From an uncultured Solirubrobacterales bacterium (GTDB lineage Bacteria; Actinomycetota; Thermoleophilia; Solirubrobacterales; Solirubrobacteraceae): DNA of 64,000 nt. The stretch lies in NCBI GenBank assembly GCA_963813265.1, contig CAWEYQ010000005.1, positions 21,684 through 85,683 of the forward strand. Reading direction: 5' to 3'. How positions within the stretch are numbered: position 1 is the stretch's first letter; every line of letters starts with the position of its first letter. Position numbers and translations under genes: made by a program. Shown here in pieces: positions 10,336 through 18,016 of the stretch. The notes under the pieces are model-generated. The model made no database searches and was not told where the DNA came from. It saw only the letters and a program-made list of their open reading frames with translations.

Positions 10336-11618
10336 GGGACCACCGCCCACAGCGCCGGGTCGGCCTCGATGTCGTTGACGCGCAGCCGGACCGCGTAGTT
10401 GCCGGTCGCGAGGGCCGCCGGCGGCTTGAACCGGACGGTGCCGCCGGAGCGCACCCACTGTCCGGGATTCGGTGTCCCGGTCGCCCGCCGCGACAGCGGC
10501 ACGGTCCCGAGCCGCAGCTGAGCGCCGCTCGCCGGCACGTTCGCCACGGGGCAGCTGTACACGCCGCTGCCGCTCGGGCTCAGCAGCGGACCGCCGGAGG
10601 GGTCGATCCACGGTGCGATCGAGACCGGGACGGGGTTCGAGCGCCACCCGGGATCGGCCGGGCGGCCGAGCCGCAACATGTAGCGCCCGGGGTCGGGGCA
10701 CGTCGCCGGGTCGGGACGCAGCCGAAGCGGCACCCCGTCGGCCGGGATCGACGGATACGGGTTGGTCAGCGGCTGCTTCCAGGCGCTGATGTCCTGCTCG
10801 GTCTCGGTCCCGTCGGCGTGGATCGTGACGAGGAACACCTGGTCGGCGTCGGCGATCCCGAGCCCGCGGAGCGTGATCTCCTGGCCCGCAACGCCGGCCG
10901 GCGCGGGCGCGCCGCTCGCCGGCGTCAGGTCGTACATGCCGGGACCGAGCGGCGCCTGGAACCTGACCCGGCGGATCGTCCCGAACAGCATCGGGCGGTC
11001 TCCGTCGAGCGGCCCGATCGGCGCCGGCAGGAGCGACCACTCGCTCGGGTGCGGCTGGCTCACGGCGCCCTGCTCGGGCATCAGCAGCGCGACCGTCGCC
11101 TTGTACTGCGCGGTCATCCGCAGCGGGACCCCGAGCGCCTGCCACAGCCGGCTCAGCTCGTCGAAGCTCGGATCCTCGAGCGACAATGTGATCTCGCTGG
11201 GCGTGATCCCGGTCGGCGTTGGGGTTGCGAGGCGCACGATCGCGTTCTCGTGGAACGCGCGCGCACCGATGCTCATGACCTGCTGCTCGTGCGAGTAGCT
11301 CGACTGCGAGTGCGCGGTCAGCAGGAAGTACAGGTCCAGGCACAGCGGCTCGAACGCCACCGGCTGGCGCGTCGGCCCCGGCGGCTGACCGGTGATCGAC
11401 TTCTGCGTCCAGAACTGGTTACGCAGGTTCCGGTCCTCGCAGAGATGGAACAGGTACAGGTTGAGGTCGCAGTCGGCGCCGCTCGTCGTGTCCTGTGGGT
11501 GCTGGGACGAAACGGCGACCGAGAACGGCGGAGGGCTGCCGCCGAACAGCGGACTCGCTGCGAGCGCGCCGGTGAGGATGTCGCGCAGCGCGTCGGTCAC
11601 GATCGAGAGATCGAACAT
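10332..11618 (-). CDS. DUF4255 / Pvc16-like tail terminator with C-terminal beta-rich extension
   Basis: DLSIVTDALRDIL, LNLYLFHLCEDRNLRN, LDLYFLLTAH, ELSRLWQALG. Confidence 0.85.
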   Translation of the reverse strand: MFDLSIVTDALRDILTGALAASPLFGGSPPPFSVAVSSQHPQDTTSGADCDLNLYLFHLCEDRNLRNQFWTQKSITGQPPGPTRQPVAFEPLCLDLYFLLTAHSQSSYSHEQQVMSIGARAFHENAIVRLATPTPTGITPSEITLSLEDPSFDELSRLWQALGVPLRMTAQYKATVALLMPEQGAVSQPHPSEWSLLPAPIGPLDGDRPMLFGTIRRVRFQAPLGPGMYDLTPASGAPAPAGVAGQEITLRGLGIADADQVFLVTIHADGTETEQDISAWKQPLTNPYPSIPADGVPLRLRPDPATCPDPGRYMLRLGRPADPGWRSNPVPVSIAPWIDPSGGPLLSPSGSGVYSCPVANVPASGAQLRLGTVPLSRRATGTPNPGQWVRSGGTVRFKPPAALATGNYAVRLRVNDIEADPALWAVVP

Positions 11619-11622
11619 CCGC

Positions 11623-12436
11623 TCACCCCTGCGCCAGCCCGAACACGGGGGCCGGCCTGCTCAACGGTCCGCTCGGGCTCGCCGCGATCGGAACCGGTGG
11701 CGGTGGCGGAGGCGGGGCCGGCGCTGCGGCGACGTGGACGTCGATGGTGCCGATCTGGACGAGGGGGCGCGCCGGCGCCTGGTCGGAGGCAGGCGGCAGC
11801 GGCGGGCCGGGCTGAGCGCACGGGGACAGCTGCGCGTGCCGGAGTGGCCTCGGCGACGGGGCGGACCTGGTCGGGCCTTCGCTCGTTGCGGACTACGGCG
11901 TGCGCGGTCGTCGTTCGCTGCGGTGGCGCAGCCGTGACGGGGGTGGCGGCCCGGCGGGCATCCGTTGGTGGCGTCCCCGGTGCAGATCGCCGCGCAGCTG
12001 CGGGCGGACGCGCCGCGTCGTCGGCCGTCCGCCGCCGCGCCGGCGCGACCGGCCGCGTCTGGTGGGCTTCGTTCCGAGCCTGCGCGCGAGCTGACGAGGC
12101 CGACGGGTCGGGCTCGATCCGTCGCTTGGCCGCAGGCGCGGCCAGGCTGGTCTCGGCGGGCGGTTGCGCCGCGGGGCGCCGCCGCTCCGAATGCTCGGCC
12201 GGCTCAGCCGTCGACGGCGCGAGGGGTCCCGTCCTCGCCGCCCGCTGTGGTGACACACCCTCATCCCGCACGGACGTCGCGGAGCTCGCCCCCGCCGCCG
12301 TCGCCCCTCGACGCTCGACCACTGACGTCGCGGCGGGTCCCCACGCGCGGCGATAGGGGGCTCGTGCAGCGGACCCACCGCCGGCGCCGGCGATCAGTCG
12401 CTCCAGATATCCGGGGCTGCGCGCCGCCCTAGCCAC
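11623..12436 (-). CDS. Ala/Pro/Arg-rich low-complexity eCIS protein (frameshifted, approx. near 11800)
   Basis: Starts PGYLERLIA; alternative frame ends LVQIGTIDVHVAAAPAPPPP...FGLAQG* just before the DUF4255 ATG. Confidence 0.6.
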
Positions 12437-13214
12437 CGAACGCCTCGGCGGTCAGCGGAGCGCCACGTCCTGCACGCACGTATTCCGCGTAGGCCGCGCG
12501 GCGGCTGCTCGGCAGTTGCAGGATCTCCGACTCACACCAGTGGTACTCGGACGCAATCAGATGGACGTCCTCGAGCACGGCGCCGCCGAGGAACCGCAGC
12601 TCCTCCAGGCACAGCTCGCGGGCGTCGACATCGAGCAGGACGTCCGCCTCGCACTCGGGACACGTGCCCCGCACGTCCGATCGCAGCGTCGGCGCCACGA
12701 CGGCCAGCGCCCGCTCGGCGGCGCGCCGCGCGGCGGCCGACAGCTCGCCGCGCATGCACCGCTGCGCGAGGCTCCTCGCTGGGTCGTCCTCACCGGAGGC
12801 GTCGAGGACGTCGGCCGCCGTCGGCGCGCGGAGCTCGAGGTCGTGGCGGGTCAGCCTGAGCCACGGCGGCTCGGCCGGCTCCAGCCGCTGCCCCCGGCGC
12901 GGGCGCGTGTGCTCGACGTACGCGCCCAGGCTGAACGCGATGTCGACCTTTGCGCCACATGCGCCGCACTGGCCCTCGGCGATCAGCCGGTCTCCGAGCG
13001 CGGCGCGCCGCAGCTCGACGACGATCGCATCGACATCGCCGACCGGCAGCGACGCTGCGTCGAGCGGCTCGCCGTCGTCGTGGCACGCCCGGCGCCCCAC
13101 GAGCTCGACCGCGGTCGCGAGGCCCGGCCCGCGCTCGAGCAGCAGCACGTCGTCATAGCCGGTGGCTTCGCGCCACCGGTATGTCGTGCCGGCGATCGGG
13201 GTCCGCGCTGTCAC
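12429..13214 (-). CDS. T4 gp26/gp51-like baseplate/tail assembly chaperone with two CxxC motifs
   Basis: LPVGDVDAIVVELRR, CGAC, CPEC, C-terminal EDVHLIASEYHWCESEILQLPSSRR. Confidence 0.7.
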   Translation of the reverse strand: MTARTPIAGTTYRWREATGYDDVLLLERGPGLATAVELVGRRACHDDGEPLDAASLPVGDVDAIVVELRRAALGDRLIAEGQCGACGAKVDIAFSLGAYVEHTRPRRGQRLEPAEPPWLRLTRHDLELRAPTAADVLDASGEDDPARSLAQRCMRGELSAAARRAAERALAVVAPTLRSDVRGTCPECEADVLLDVDARELCLEELRFLGGAVLEDVHLIASEYHWCESEILQLPSSRRAAYAEYVRAGRGAPLTAEAFGG

Positions 13215-13217
13215 CGC

Positions 13218-13727
13218 TCAGAGCTCCGCAGGCTCCGACAACGAGAGGTCGTGCTCCCAGCCCTCGTTCTCGAGCTTGATGTGCTCGATCGCGATCGCGT
13301 TCGTGCCCGCGTCGAGGTCGGGCAGCGCCTGGTACTCGGAGACCCACGCGCGGTGGACGAGGTAGCGATGGACCGGCTGGCCCTCCTCGTTGAGCAGTTC
13401 GATTCGCATCTCCTGCCGGAGGTTCTTGAGCGACTGGCTCGGTGAGCCCTTGTCGAGCACCTGGCAGGCGTTCGCCCAGATCTCGAAGTCGGTGTCGTGC
13501 GTGACGCCGCGCTCGAGCGTGATCGGCTCGTACTTCGTGCGCCCGAGCCCTTTGCGGATGAGGGCGTTGCCGCCCTCCTTGTACTCGATCACGTCCGCGG
13601 AGCGCTTGATCGCGCTGACCTTGCTGACGGCCGCGACCGGCGTCGTGCTCGTGCCGAAGAAGACCAGGAAGCGGTACGTCTTGTACGGATCGAACCGGCT
13701 GACGTTGACGGTGAACGGCTGTGACAC
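13218..13727 (-). CDS. Phage tail tube protein (T4 gp19 family)
   Basis: RFDPYKTYRFLV, VIEYKEGG, GRTKYEPITLERGVT, AIAIEHIKLENEG; AGGAGG RBS. Confidence 0.95.
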   Translation of the reverse strand: MSQPFTVNVSRFDPYKTYRFLVFFGTSTTPVAAVSKVSAIKRSADVIEYKEGGNALIRKGLGRTKYEPITLERGVTHDTDFEIWANACQVLDKGSPSQSLKNLRQEMRIELLNEEGQPVHRYLVHRAWVSEYQALPDLDAGTNAIAIEHIKLENEGWEHDLSLSEPAEL

Positions 13728-13737
13728 GGGGATCCTC

Positions 13738-15360
13738 CTAGTTCTTCGGCTGGCCGGCGAGCTGCGCCAGCTTGATCACGACGAACTCAGCGGGCTTCAG
13801 CGGCGCAAACCCGACGACGATGTTCACGATCCCGTTCTGCTGGTCGTCCGGGGTGGTCGTCGTCGCATCGCACTGGACGAGGAACGCCTCGCTCGGGCTC
13901 GAGCCCTGGAACGCACCCTGGTTGAACAGGCCGAGCATGAAGTTCTCGATCGTCGTCCGGATCGCCACCCACAGCGGCTCGTCGTTGGGCTCGAAGATCA
14001 CCCACCCCAGGCTCTGGTACAGCGACTGCTCGAGGAACAGCGCCATCCGCCGCACCGGCACATAGCGATACTGCTGGAACGACGGGTTCGCCGCGACGAG
14101 CGTGCGCGAGCCGAATACGACCGTGCCGATCCCCGGGAAGCCGCGCAGGCAGTTGACCCCGATCGGATTGAGCGTGCCCTGGCGCGGGTCCGTCATCAGG
14201 CCGGAGGCGACCACCCCGTTGGTGTTGTTCACGATCGTCTCGTAGCCGGCGGGCGCCTTCCAGACGCCGCGGTTGTTGTCTTCGCGGGCGAAGATCCCGG
14301 CGACGTAGCCGGACGGCGCGACGCTGATCGGGTCGCCACTCGCCGGGTCCGACGCCCGCAACCAGGGAAAGAACACCGCGCCGTTCTCGCTCTTGGGGAT
14401 CGTCCGGTTCGGCACGGCGTCGGTCATCACGTCGTAGATCATCGGCAGCGGAGCGCCGGTCGGATCGGCGACCGTGTCAGCGGGCGCGTCGACGATCATG
14501 AACGCCATGTGACGCTCGCAGAACGCGAGCGCCTCGGACACGACGGGCGGGTCCCACACCCCCGGCGTGAGGACCAGGTTGAAGACGCGGACCTTGTCCA
14601 GCGACCCGTCAGCGGCAAACGCGGCGGCGAAGTCAGACGCGTGGTACGAGGTGAACGGCGACGTCGGGAGGCCTCCATCGAGCGGCGTCGGTGCGAGCGT
14701 CGAGCTCCACGACGTGGGGTAGCTGCCGCCGGAGGGCGGCGCCACCGTCACGAGCGACGAGACCGGGTCGGTGGCTGTACCGATCCGCGCCTCGAGCGTG
14801 TTGCCGGCGTCGGCCGCCGGTGGCGCGGGGTTCAGCGTGACGTGGCGGAACGTCTCCGTCCGCGCGCCGTAGCTGACGATGATGTCCGCGATATCGGTGA
14901 CGGTCCCACCCGGCGTCTTCTGCAGGTTGGTGATCGATACCGTCAGCAGGTGGTACGCGTCGACCGGCTCGAGCCCGTTGAACACGATCGCGGTCGTCCC
15001 GGTGGGCGGGATCTGCAGCGTCGGATTTGAGAGCGTCGCGGACGTACCGGAGGCCAGCAGCGTCAGCTCCGGAGCAAGCGCAACCACGTATGCGATCGAG
15101 CCGCCGTTCAAGAAGAACTGAAGCACCGCCCGGCCGACGTCGTCGGCCAGCCAATCGACCGAGAACAGCCCGCCGAACTCCCGCTCGTAGTCGGAGAACG
15201 AGAAGATCTCGACCGCCTGTCCGTAGTGCTCGGGCTTGGTCTTGAACGGGTGCGTGTAGCCGATGAACACGGTCACGGATGTCGGCGCCGCGGTGATCGT
15301 GTGCGAGTTGCTCGGCACCTCCTCGATGTAGATGCCGGGGTAAGTCGGGGTGACGGGCAT
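13738..15360 (-). CDS. Contractile tail sheath protein
   Basis: PTYPGIYIEE, FFLNGG, RGVWKAPAG, LNPIGVNCLR, YVPVRR, FEPNDEPLW, APLKPAEFVVI. Confidence 0.97.
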   Translation of the reverse strand: MPVTPTYPGIYIEEVPSNSHTITAAPTSVTVFIGYTHPFKTKPEHYGQAVEIFSFSDYEREFGGLFSVDWLADDVGRAVLQFFLNGGSIAYVVALAPELTLLASGTSATLSNPTLQIPPTGTTAIVFNGLEPVDAYHLLTVSITNLQKTPGGTVTDIADIIVSYGARTETFRHVTLNPAPPAADAGNTLEARIGTATDPVSSLVTVAPPSGGSYPTSWSSTLAPTPLDGGLPTSPFTSYHASDFAAAFAADGSLDKVRVFNLVLTPGVWDPPVVSEALAFCERHMAFMIVDAPADTVADPTGAPLPMIYDVMTDAVPNRTIPKSENGAVFFPWLRASDPASGDPISVAPSGYVAGIFAREDNNRGVWKAPAGYETIVNNTNGVVASGLMTDPRQGTLNPIGVNCLRGFPGIGTVVFGSRTLVAANPSFQQYRYVPVRRMALFLEQSLYQSLGWVIFEPNDEPLWVAIRTTIENFMLGLFNQGAFQGSSPSEAFLVQCDATTTTPDDQQNGIVNIVVGFAPLKPAEFVVIKLAQLAGQPKN

Positions 15361-15399
15361 GGGCTCCTCGCTTGCGTGGTACGGGTTCCGGGCGCGGTG

Positions 15400-16245
15400 T
15401 CAGCTCGTGTAGGCAGTGCCGGTGGCCGCCACGCCATCCATGCCGCCCGACAGTGGGACGTCGCCGGCGGTGGGCGGGGCGATGCCGCCCGGCGGCGCCG
15501 ACGCCGTGACGACGTACGCGACGGAGTCGGGGAGCGGGTCGAGGGGCGCGAGCGCGATCTTCGAGCTGTTACCGGCGTCGTAGCTCGCCTGAAGCGTGAA
15601 CGTGTTCGCGGTGGTGTCGACCGTGATCGTCACCGGTATGCCCGCGCTCGGGAGGCCGGCGCCGCTCCGCGGAACGAGGTTGAACAGCTTCGTCGAGTTG
15701 TCCGAGCCGATGACGTCCGCACCGGCAGCCTTCACGGCCAGCGTCTGGTCCTTCGGCAGCATGCCGGTCTTGATCGCCTGGGACTTCTTGAGCATCACCA
15801 GCCCCGTGCCGCCCCGCTCGCCGGCGGCGGGGTTGTCGACACCGAGCGCATCCTTGGCCGCGGCGGCGTCGGTGAGCCCGGCGTAGGTGTCGATCTCCTT
15901 CGCGTTCAGCTTGACCTTCGCGCTCAGCGCCGTGCCCGGGTCGGGCGTGACCGACACCGTGATGTTGTTGCCCTCCGGCCCCGCCACCGCGGCCACGAAC
16001 AGGATCGCCGCTACCGGGGGCATGACCGGCGGCGGCGTCAGCTCGCCCGCCGACACCTTCGAGGAGGCCAGCGCCAGGAGGATCGTCTGCTCGGCGCCTG
16101 AGAATTCGCTGGCCCATGCCGACTTCAGCTGCACCTTGGAGCCCGAGAACTCGAGCGCCGACAGCGGAACCAACCGCTGGCTCCCGTTCGCGTCGGTGAA
16201 GGACAGCGGGCTCTGCCCCGTGACATCAACCGTGCTGCTCGCCAT
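15400..16245 (-). CDS. Hypothetical first gene of eCIS operon, with sheath-like motifs
   Basis: ATG 16245 with GAGGAG RBS; AAVAGPEGNNITVSVT and LSGGMDG resemble sheath outer-domain motifs. Confidence 0.75.
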   Translation of the reverse strand: MASSTVDVTGQSPLSFTDANGSQRLVPLSALEFSGSKVQLKSAWASEFSGAEQTILLALASSKVSAGELTPPPVMPPVAAILFVAAVAGPEGNNITVSVTPDPGTALSAKVKLNAKEIDTYAGLTDAAAAKDALGVDNPAAGERGGTGLVMLKKSQAIKTGMLPKDQTLAVKAAGADVIGSDNSTKLFNLVPRSGAGLPSAGIPVTITVDTTANTFTLQASYDAGNSSKIALAPLDPLPDSVAYVVTASAPPGGIAPPTAGDVPLSGGMDGVAATGTAYTS

Positions 16246-16682
16246 CCTGCGCTCCTCTACTCGGGTCGTCGCACCCGGCACGCTCGCGGAACGTCGTCAC
16301 AGCGCCGTCACGGACCCGTCACGACCACCCTCGTCCAGCGCCCTGACCCAGCATCGGTCGAGCCCGGCATTCCGTCGGTCCGCCCTCGCATAGCCTGTGG
16401 AACTCCAAGGGAGGAGGCCGGGTCGTGGTATCGGCAGGTCACGCGCGACACGCGGACGCGGAAGGTTCCGGCCTCGGGGGGAACGAAGGTGCCGACCCTT
16501 GCACCCATCCTGCCTGCTGCGATCGCCTCCGCGTTCGGTGAGCAGCGCTGGCGCTGCACTCACCGGGCGTGTCACCTGGCGTGGATTTGGCTCGAGTCAA
16601 CTGTGACGGGCGTCCGCCCCGTCGTTACCACTTAGCTCGCGCGCGAACCAGCAGTCTCGTGATCCGGCCGGTGGCGTCCCAC

Positions 16683-16725
16683 TGTGAGTGCGATCACACG
16701 ATGTCAACACGTGGTTAATCTCACA
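16683..16725. promoter_or_regulatory. Tandem CRP/GlxR-type binding sites
   Basis: TGTGA-GTGCGA-TCACA (16683-16698, perfect consensus) and CGTGG-TTAATC-TCACA (16710-16725) in an AT-richer divergent intergenic region. Confidence 0.65.
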
Positions 16726-16901
16726 TCGCGCCCGCCACCGGCGCGCGACAGTGTTCTTGACAGACTGGACGGATCGGACACGTACATCGGAATCGAGGTT
16801 GAACCCCAGGGCGTGGGGACAACTCCTCTCGATCCGCGGCCGCGAGCGTCCACGCGTCTAAATCGGTTGCACCGGGCGACCGAACGATTCAAGGAGTGGA
16901 C

Positions 16902-17409
16902 ATGGTCCGCCACCACTACCGCATTGCGTCATGCGATCTCAATAACGCTGGCGCTCGCTGCCGCCGCTCCGGCCGCTGCAAGGCCCATGCCGGACCCGAT
17001 GCGGCCCATCGCGCTGTCGGGCACAAACCTCTGTTCGGAGGTCTGCTCCTCCGGCGGCTACACCGCTACCACCCAGTCCGCCGACCCGATCGCGGAACGC
17101 GGAGCCACGCTTCCGCACGACCCCCGACCGCGGGCCGAGGTCGCCGCGCTCGCGGCCAGTCAGTCCGGCAGCGGAGCCACCAGCGCTCCCAGGCACGCGT
17201 TCAGTGGTCCACGCTCAGAGGTCGCCTCTGGCGGCGGCTACAGCAATACTCCCACGACCGTGGTTCGGATGGTCAGTCCCAACACCGGTTTTGACTGGGG
17301 CGACGCCGGAATCGGAGCCGGCGGCGCGGTCCTCCTGATGCTGCTGATCCTCGGTGGTGCACTCGGGGTGTCGAGCGCTCGCCGCAACGCAACCCACAGC
17401 GCCGCGTAG
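16902..17409 (+). CDS. Secreted protein with C-terminal FDWGDAGIGA-TM-basic anchor (apparent 1-nt indel near 16932)
   Basis: AAGGAG RBS before ATG 16902; signal-like ITLALAAAAPAAA; ends GFDWGDAGIGAGGAVLLMLLILGGALGVSSARR. Confidence 0.7.
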
Positions 17410-17494
17410 CTTACGCGCCGAACGCAAACCGACTCTAAGAGCGAGCGAGGGGCAGCGCTGCCGCCGAAACCTGACCGGCGTTTCTTAGAGATAT

Positions 17495-17522
17495 GCGGTG
17501 GCGCCACCGGTGGCGCCACCGC
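17495..17522. repeat. Perfect 28-bp palindrome containing tandem GGTGGCGCCACC x2
   Basis: GCGGTGGCGCCACCGGTGGCGCCACCGC is its own reverse complement. Confidence 0.9.
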
Positions 17523-17550
17523 GCAAGGAGCGCTTGACGGGCGGCAATCG

Positions 17551-17837
17551 ATGCGTGTCCCGGGGTCTGTCCGAACTCAGCAGGGCAAGGAACCCGAGAT
17601 CGCCGCGCGTCTGGATGCTCTGGGCAGGGCGCTTCACCTGCATCTCGTCGGGCTCTCCGGCTACCGCACCCCGCAGCACTCGGTGGCGGTGGGCGGGTAC
17701 GCCGATGACCCGCACACGCGTGGCGAGGCGATGGACACGCCTGGCGTCGAGGGTGTACCCGAGTGAAGCTGCGTCAGTTCGGTCTCACTCGCCCCTTCTC
17801 CGCCGCGAGCGAGGCAGATCACATCCAGCTCGCTTGA
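17551..17837 (+). pseudogene. Peptidase M15-like peptidoglycan hydrolase C-terminal remnant
   Basis: SGYRTPQHSVAVGGYADDPHTRGEAMD then, after a frameshift, LRQFGLTRPF...EADHIQL*. Confidence 0.6.
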
Positions 17838-17932
17838 CCCGCGAGGTGTCCTCCGCGTGGCCGGGCGCTGACATCCGGTCATCGGCAACTCTGCGGAACA
17901 ACGGCCGCAGACAGCGGCAAGGCGCGCTGAGT

Positions 17933-17971
17933 CGGCAAGCAGGCGATCGCCGGTTCGATCCTGGCTGGCTC
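17933..17971 (+). pseudogene. Degenerate tRNA-Ala 3' half (possible att-site remnant)
   Basis: CGGCAAGCAGGCGATCGCCGGTTCGATCCTGGCTGGCTC: anticodon-arm 3' side, T-loop GGTTCGATCC, acceptor GGCTC; no 5' half or CCA. Confidence 0.55.
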
Positions 17972-18016
17972 TGGTCTGGTCGTCCCGTGGGCCACGTGTC
18001 GGGGTAGTGTGGGCGA

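Larger units (their letters stand above)
1..16245 (-). other. eCIS / contractile phage-tail-like gene cluster (truncated at left window edge)
   Basis: Co-oriented sheath, tube, DUF4255, AAA ATPase, hub, spike, PAAR-like, gp25 and two baseplate J genes; eight junctions are GTGA/ATGA start-stop overlaps; no capsid or terminase. Confidence 0.93.

Noticed and set aside
8551-11343. 930-aa ORF, and similarly extended ORFs 455-2728, 2185-4902, 40143-42152, 53970-55895 and 60237-63767, as single large proteins
   Set aside because: The extensions are off-frame read-through of neighbouring genes in GC-rich DNA or frameshift fusions; RBSs and overlaps support the shorter genes
11760-11830. Programmed ribosomal frameshift like phage tail chaperones
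   Set aside because: No X-XXY-YYZ slippery heptamer seen, and similar indels occur throughout the window
3310-15030. Long plus-strand ORFs (3310-4698, 5979-7151, 10317-12356, 13390-15030)
   Set aside because: Antisense shadows of real minus-strand genes with no motifs, expected at high GC
1-16245. Prophage or type VI secretion system
   Set aside because: No capsid, portal, terminase, integrase or lysis genes and no TssJLM, TssK or ClpV in the window; DUF4255 plus this ATPase type fits eCIS
17933-17971. Functional tRNA gene
   Set aside because: Only a degenerate 3' half; no D-arm, 5' acceptor strand or CCA
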